Below, piece by piece: positions 59,402 through 64,000 of a stretch of DNA of 64,000 nucleotides; position 1 is the first letter of the stretch, and each line of letters starts with the position of its first letter. The DNA is from Candidatus Thorarchaeota archaeon. Its GTDB lineage: Archaea; Asgardarchaeota; Thorarchaeia; Thorarchaeales; Thorarchaeaceae. The position numbers were made by a program, and so were the translations under genes. Under the pieces are notes generated by a model. That model did no database searches. It worked only from the letters and a program-made list of their open reading frames with translations, and had not been told where the DNA came from. The stretch covers positions 53,369 through 117,368 of the forward strand of contig JAOUFI010000002.1 of NCBI GenBank assembly GCA_029858305.1, written 5' to 3'.

Positions 59402-59734
59402 ATGGACGCTAAAGACTGGTTTGAACAAGGACAACAGGCGATGATGACAGGTCGAATAGAGGATGCGATTGAGGCCTTCGACCAATCAACAAGTCTGGAT
59501 CCATCATCCTTTGATGCTTGGTGGGCACTTGCCAATGCATGCAATCTGTTAGGATCCCAAATTGAAGGAGAGGGCGAATATTCGAGAGCTCATCTCTACA
59601 AAATCAAGGCAGCCTACTCGTTTGACAGAGCCACAAGGGCGGATCCAACACATGCAAAAGTTGGTAAAGCAAAAGCATTTGCAGAAACTATTCGTGAAGT
59701 GCAGAAAAAGAAAAAGGAGCAGGGGCTCTTTTGA
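59402..59734 (+). CDS. Tetratricopeptide-repeat protein
   Basis: AKDWFEQG......GR.EDAIEAFDQ...LDP...AW..LA. Confidence 0.75.
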   Translation: MDAKDWFEQGQQAMMTGRIEDAIEAFDQSTSLDPSSFDAWWALANACNLLGSQIEGEGEYSRAHLYKIKAAYSFDRATRADPTHAKVGKAKAFAETIREVQKKKKEQGLF

Positions 59735-59778
59735 CTAGCAAACAAGCCCTCTCTCAAAACATCATCAATAATTATCTA

Positions 59779-60108
59779 TCATTTTAGACCTAACAGCTCT
59801 ACCTCAAAAATCAGTGTTGAATTTGGGGGAATTAAACCATCTCCAACATCTTCAGAGCCATATGCAAGTTCCGGGGGAATTGTCAGCTTTCTCTTCCCCC
59901 CTATTTTCATTGTCATAACACCTTGGTCCCATCCCTGGATAACCTGTCCAACGCCAATCTTGAATTCGAAAGGATCTCCTCTATCAACAGAACTATCAAA
60001 TTTCTTCCCATTCGTCAACCAACCGGTGTAATGAACAACAACTGTTTGACCTCGGTTAGGTGAGGCTCCAGTTCCAACTACAATATCTTCGATCCTCAAT
60101 TCTGTCAT
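59779..60108 (-). CDS. FKBP-type peptidyl-prolyl isomerase, FKBP12-like
   Basis: VHYTGWL..GKKFDSS, QVIQGWD, KRKL.IPPELAYG, IPPNSTLIFEVEL; ATG 60108. Confidence 0.95.
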   Translation of the reverse strand: MTELRIEDIVVGTGASPNRGQTVVVHYTGWLTNGKKFDSSVDRGDPFEFKIGVGQVIQGWDQGVMTMKIGGKRKLTIPPELAYGSEDVGDGLIPPNSTLIFEVELLGLK

Positions 60109-60204
60109 ATCATTTTCAAAAATCATTATTCCTAATAAATTGTGACTAGATAATGATGTCAATTGGTGAATCCATAGCCAGATTATGAGTTTTAACCCGT
60201 TACA

Positions 60205-61701
60205 TCAGTGAAGGAACGCCCTAATCTTAGACCAGACAAATACGATTCCAGCATCATTGGCTGCATCTATTGATTCATTATCACGTATTGATCCACCCGG
60301 AGCGATCACTGCTTGGATTCCTTTCTCCACAGCAGCATCGATGGAATCACGATATGGAAAGAAAGCATCAGAAGCCATTACTGCACCTTCCGATCGGTGT
60401 TCTGCGCGTTTTAGCGCCAGTTCTACTGCGCCTATTCGAGAGGTCTGTCCCATACCAATTCCAAGAGTTCTAGTTTCTTTACTGATTACAGCTGCATTGG
60501 ACTTCGCATACTTGACAATTTTCCAAGCAAAGAGAAGGTCATCCAACTCTTGAGAGGTGGGGTATTTCTTTGAAACAACGGTCAGGTCATCCTTAGTGAT
60601 GGTATGAGTATCAGTTGTTTGCACAAGAATGCCATTAGGAATAGATCGAATTGATTGCTCAGGGATTGTGTGCTCGTTGAGAGTACAAAGAATGAGCTTG
60701 GATTTCTTTGTTAGAATGCGAAGTGCACTTTTCCTATACTGGGGTGCGATTATTGCATCAACAAACATTGCATGGAGCTTCTCTGCGAGTTTTTCTGTAA
60801 TTGGTCTATTGAAACCCATAACGGACCCAAATGCAGACAGATTGTCTGTGGCAAATGCATGATCAAAAGCAGTTTCAATATCCTTCGCGGAAGCAACACC
60901 ACAGGGACTAGTGTGTTTAATTATAGCACAGGAAGGTCTTGTATGCTCAGATAGTACACTAATAGCAGCATAGAAGTCTACAAGGTTATTATATGAAATA
61001 TCCTTTCCGTGAATCTGCGTATAGAAAGGAGTGTTTCCAGGGAGGAGATAGTACCTTGCTTCTTGATGTAAATTCTCCCCATATCGGAGATTCTGGGGAT
61101 TTTCAAAGGAAAGTAGATATTCAGATGGGAACTTCTCGTCAGAAGTCAGGTAGTGACTTATCGCTACATCATATTTTGCTGTGTGAAGGAAAGCTTTCTT
61201 TGCCAGATTCCTTCTTAGTTCTTTGGAAACCTTGTTCAAAGTGATTGCTTCTGCAACATGCTCATAATCGTCTGGTGAAGTGATGACGAGGACCTTTTCA
61301 TAGTTCTTTGCAGCTGCTCGAATGAGTGTCACTCCCCCAATGTCTATGTTTTCAATTGCATCTGCAAGGGCGTGCGGTCTTGAGGTAACCTGTTCGAAAG
61401 GATAAAGATTAACGACCACAAGACCGATAGGTTGTATCCCCATTTTCTCTAGCTCACTCTGCTGTTCATCTGTGCCAAGGATTCCACCGAGTATCTTAGG
61501 ATGAAGAGTCTTCACTCTACCATCTAATATCTCTGGATAATCTGTAATGCTTGAAACCAAATCGACATCAATATTTGCAGTCTCAAGCAGTTCTGCAGTC
61601 TTTCCGGTGCTTATGAATCGATAATGGGAGGATATGCTTCTACAAAAATCGATAATTCCTTCTTTGTTAAAGACGCTTACTATCCCCAGACTTCTATCCA
61701 A
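60205..61701 (-). CDS. purH: Bifunctional IMP cyclohydrolase/AICAR transformylase
   Basis: GRVKTLHP, VNLYPF, ENIDIGG, LRYGEN.HQ, SYNN, KH..PCG, KSNA, ASDAFFP, PGGSIRD. Confidence 0.95.
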   Translation of the reverse strand: MDRSLGIVSVFNKEGIIDFCRSISSHYRFISTGKTAELLETANIDVDLVSSITDYPEILDGRVKTLHPKILGGILGTDEQQSELEKMGIQPIGLVVVNLYPFEQVTSRPHALADAIENIDIGGVTLIRAAAKNYEKVLVITSPDDYEHVAEAITLNKVSKELRRNLAKKAFLHTAKYDVAISHYLTSDEKFPSEYLLSFENPQNLRYGENLHQEARYYLLPGNTPFYTQIHGKDISYNNLVDFYAAISVLSEHTRPSCAIIKHTSPCGVASAKDIETAFDHAFATDNLSAFGSVMGFNRPITEKLAEKLHAMFVDAIIAPQYRKSALRILTKKSKLILCTLNEHTIPEQSIRSIPNGILVQTTDTHTITKDDLTVVSKKYPTSQELDDLLFAWKIVKYAKSNAAVISKETRTLGIGMGQTSRIGAVELALKRAEHRSEGAVMASDAFFPYRDSIDAAVEKGIQAVIAPGGSIRDNESIDAANDAGIVFVWSKIRAFLH

Positions 61702-61890
61702 AAGGCAACACCATTATTGTTTATCACGCGATATTCTCTCTTTGCTTTCCCACCTTGTAGAGACCGCTCTTTCGTGCGCTTACAGCTCCATAAAAATTGA
61801 TTGATGAAACAGCATTCTCAAAACTCCCATTGGGCTTATATGGGGCTTTGCTCATATGTTGGTTTCATTTAGCAACTTCTTGAGGTTGAA

Positions 61891-63165
61891 ATGGTGTCAA
61901 AAAGTAAGAAAGGACAAACAGGTCCAAAGAGACCAGTTGCTCTCATCGCACTGATAGTTATTCTGATTGGATCGAATATCGCAACAATCTATTATTTCAT
62001 GTTCTATCAGTCTTCGATACCCCTCGAAGATGTACCAATGGCTATTGAAGATGTGATGAGCAATCCAGCAGCGTATATTGGAAAAGTAATCACTATTACT
62101 GGTTACTATGTCATCTCTGCAGGTTTTCCAATGCTTGTTGAGAGTCTCATGTCATTCATGAACAACTCACTCCAACCAAATAACTATGTTCTTGTGACAG
62201 GACAACCTCCTGCATCCATGGAACAATATCTTGGTCTGCAGTGTCACGTTAAGGGTACAGGAGAGTGGTTTGATGGAAGTGATGGTGTCTTAGGAGTAAG
62301 ATATAGGGAGTATGTTGGAAGACAAAGTGATACTATATTTCCCGGCATCTATAAGGATGCAGTACGCGATAATGATTATTTCATAGAGCACATACCATTA
62401 CCTCTTGACCCCGACGCGGAGAAGTATGCAATTCTTTATAGCGGCGGGATAAAACCTGAGAAGGCGTACTATAGATACTGGAACGACATCATCTATATGC
62501 ACTTCATTTTGCAAATGCATGGTTATTCTGAGGAAAACATCTACGTGGTTTACAAAGATGGGGTAGGTGAAGACACGTACACACCAGTGGAATATCCTGC
62601 AACCCATGCTTCTCTTGATACAGTATTCACTCAACTCAGCGGTGAGATGGGAGTCAGAGACACACTCTTCTTCTACACGACAAATCATGGAGGCAGTGGT
62701 GGAATTAGTGTGTGGGATCCAATGGATGCGGGCGGAGCATTGACGCATGCTCAGGTCTCAAACTGGCTAGATTCCATTACCTGTGACCATATGATCATCG
62801 TCATGGAGCAGTGTGTTTCTGGTAAATTTATCCAGTACATCAGTGCTTCAAACAGAGTGATTCTGACTGCATGCTCGGATGGAGAGAGTTCCTATGGTTG
62901 TGATACGGAGGGACAGTGGGATGAATTCGTCTACCACTTCATGTCTGCGCTCATTGGATTCAAGCTCCCTGGAGGTCTAGGTGTTGCAGATGCCGATTAC
63001 TATAGTGATGGAAAGATCTCAATGCGTGAGGCATTCATCTATGCAGCACTCCATGACAGCAGGGAAGAAACACCACTCTATGATGACGATGGAGATTCTG
63101 TAGGCCTGACATTAGGACCTGTAGTCTTTGGTACGGGATTCTACGGAGATACCATATTCCTCTGA
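61891..63165 (+). CDS. Membrane-anchored C13-family (legumain/GPI8-like, clan CD) cysteine peptidase
   Basis: N-terminal TM, small beta domain, YAIL.SGG, RYWND, FFYTTNHGG (His), MEQCVSG (Cys). Confidence 0.8.
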   Translation: MVSKSKKGQTGPKRPVALIALIVILIGSNIATIYYFMFYQSSIPLEDVPMAIEDVMSNPAAYIGKVITITGYYVISAGFPMLVESLMSFMNNSLQPNNYVLVTGQPPASMEQYLGLQCHVKGTGEWFDGSDGVLGVRYREYVGRQSDTIFPGIYKDAVRDNDYFIEHIPLPLDPDAEKYAILYSGGIKPEKAYYRYWNDIIYMHFILQMHGYSEENIYVVYKDGVGEDTYTPVEYPATHASLDTVFTQLSGEMGVRDTLFFYTTNHGGSGGISVWDPMDAGGALTHAQVSNWLDSITCDHMIIVMEQCVSGKFIQYISASNRVILTACSDGESSYGCDTEGQWDEFVYHFMSALIGFKLPGGLGVADADYYSDGKISMREAFIYAALHDSREETPLYDDDGDSVGLTLGPVVFGTGFYGDTIFL

Positions 63166-63187
63166 TTTGATGAAAAATCTAGAAGAA

Positions 63188-63233
63188 TGGGAGTTTAATG
63201 ACCTGTTTTCATCATTCTCCCAGTTCTTTTTCT
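63188..63233 (+). terminator. Possible hairpin plus T-tract terminator
   Basis: TGGGAG...CTCCCA stem with inner AATGA/TCATT, followed by TTCTTTTTCT, between convergent genes. Confidence 0.4.
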
Positions 63234-63299
63234 ATAAATATAAAGCGGAATTAATCGCATAGAGTACTATAGTATCTGAGCCGAGTAAGCGATTAGATT

Positions 63300-64000
63300 T
63301 CAACCAACTACGCTTGCCAGATTTAGCATAGTTTCACGTTCCATCTCGCCGACTTGTTCAAGCAGAGTACGTACATGAGGTATGAACTCAGCAAAATGAG
63401 AAATTTCAGATCTAGCAGCCTCATCAAGCAAGGCGGGAACATTCTCTGTCAGTTTTCTAGCTCGATCAAGTGCTCTTATGCCCTTGGATTCAAATTCCAC
63501 ATTGACTGTCCGTTGTATCTCTCTAAGTTCAGCCAGAGAAGGATACTCATCAGGCAAGAGACCTTTGGCAACCTCTCTCCATAGATTGACAATCTCTCTA
63601 AATTGCTCAGCGGCCTTAAGGATACCATCATTCTGCATGATATGACCAGCCTCCTCCAAGAAATCCCTGTAAATCTGTCGAAAGATGGCTCCCCCTGATC
63701 CCCCGGTCTCAATGTATACATAATGCATCATGAGCGCATGAGCAAGATTCCTTGGATTAGGAATGAGTTTTGGATACTTGCTGAGTTCCAAACTCCACCT
63801 CTTGATTCCTTTGACTCCTATATTCGAAATGGGAGGATTGAGGAGTGCATCCACGTTCTCTCGAATAGCCGCTGGGATTAGTTCTCTCAATGGAGTCAAG
63901 TTTTGAGGAAATGAAAAACGAACCATTTGGTTCATTGCTGGGAAGGGTCTATATTCAGAAGCACGAGCCTTCTGTAGTTGTTTGAGACCCATTGTCAGAG
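63300..64000 (-). CDS. BtrH/DUF4872-like protein, C-terminal part (starts beyond window end)
   Basis: L.KAR.S, G.KGI..W, IETGGSGG..FR..Y.DFL.EA pattern; frame remains open to the window edge. Confidence 0.65.
   Translation of the reverse strand, partial: LTMGLKQLQKARASEYRPFPAMNQMVRFSFPQNLTPLRELIPAAIRENVDALLNPPISNIGVKGIKRWSLELSKYPKLIPNPRNLAHALMMHYVYIETGGSGGAIFRQIYRDFLEEAGHIMQNDGILKAAEQFREIVNLWREVAKGLLPDEYPSLAELREIQRTVNVEFESKGIRALDRARKLTENVPALLDEAARSEISHFAEFIPHVRTLLEQVGEMERETMLNLASVVG

Noticed and set aside
1172-63721. Numerous short antisense or alternate-frame ORFs in the supplied track (e.g. 11218-11724, 14371-14826, 34012-34371, 60257-60553)
   Set aside because: They lie inside longer motif-bearing genes and have no recognisable motifs; shadow ORFs.
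1-64000. Mobile elements, tRNA, rRNA, defence systems
   Set aside because: No transposase, integrase, terminal repeats, cloverleaf or recognisable defence genes were seen.

Overview
Gene-dense archaeal chromosomal segment, most consistent with an Asgard archaeon (probably Thorarchaeia). This assignment is inferred from DUF2070/DUF2299/DUF35-thiolase genes, a longin-type cytoplasmic domain and giant Ig-like membrane proteins; no marker gene is present. Housekeeping genes include ubiX, a porD-A-B oxidoreductase cluster without the gamma subunit, thiolase/DUF35, acyl-CoA dehydrogenase, a homocitrate/isopropylmalate synthase family enzyme, FKBP and purH. No rRNA, tRNA, CRISPR array or transposase was seen. 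Four themes stand out. (1) Three giant receptor-like surface proteins: a tandem pair sharing an N-terminal head but with different stalk lengths and cytoplasmic outputs (winged helix vs longin plus winged helix), and a 2501-aa protein with two FG-GAP-type propellers, an Ig-like stalk and about seven TM helices. (2) Two paralogous proteins with eight alternating C2CH metal-binding modules fused to adaptin/coatomer-appendage-like domains. (3) Three full-length pseudoenzymes (SAMHD1-like HD, M28 peptidase, LarA). (4) Five tandem paralog pairs. All family calls come from motif recognition by eye; no database searches were run.
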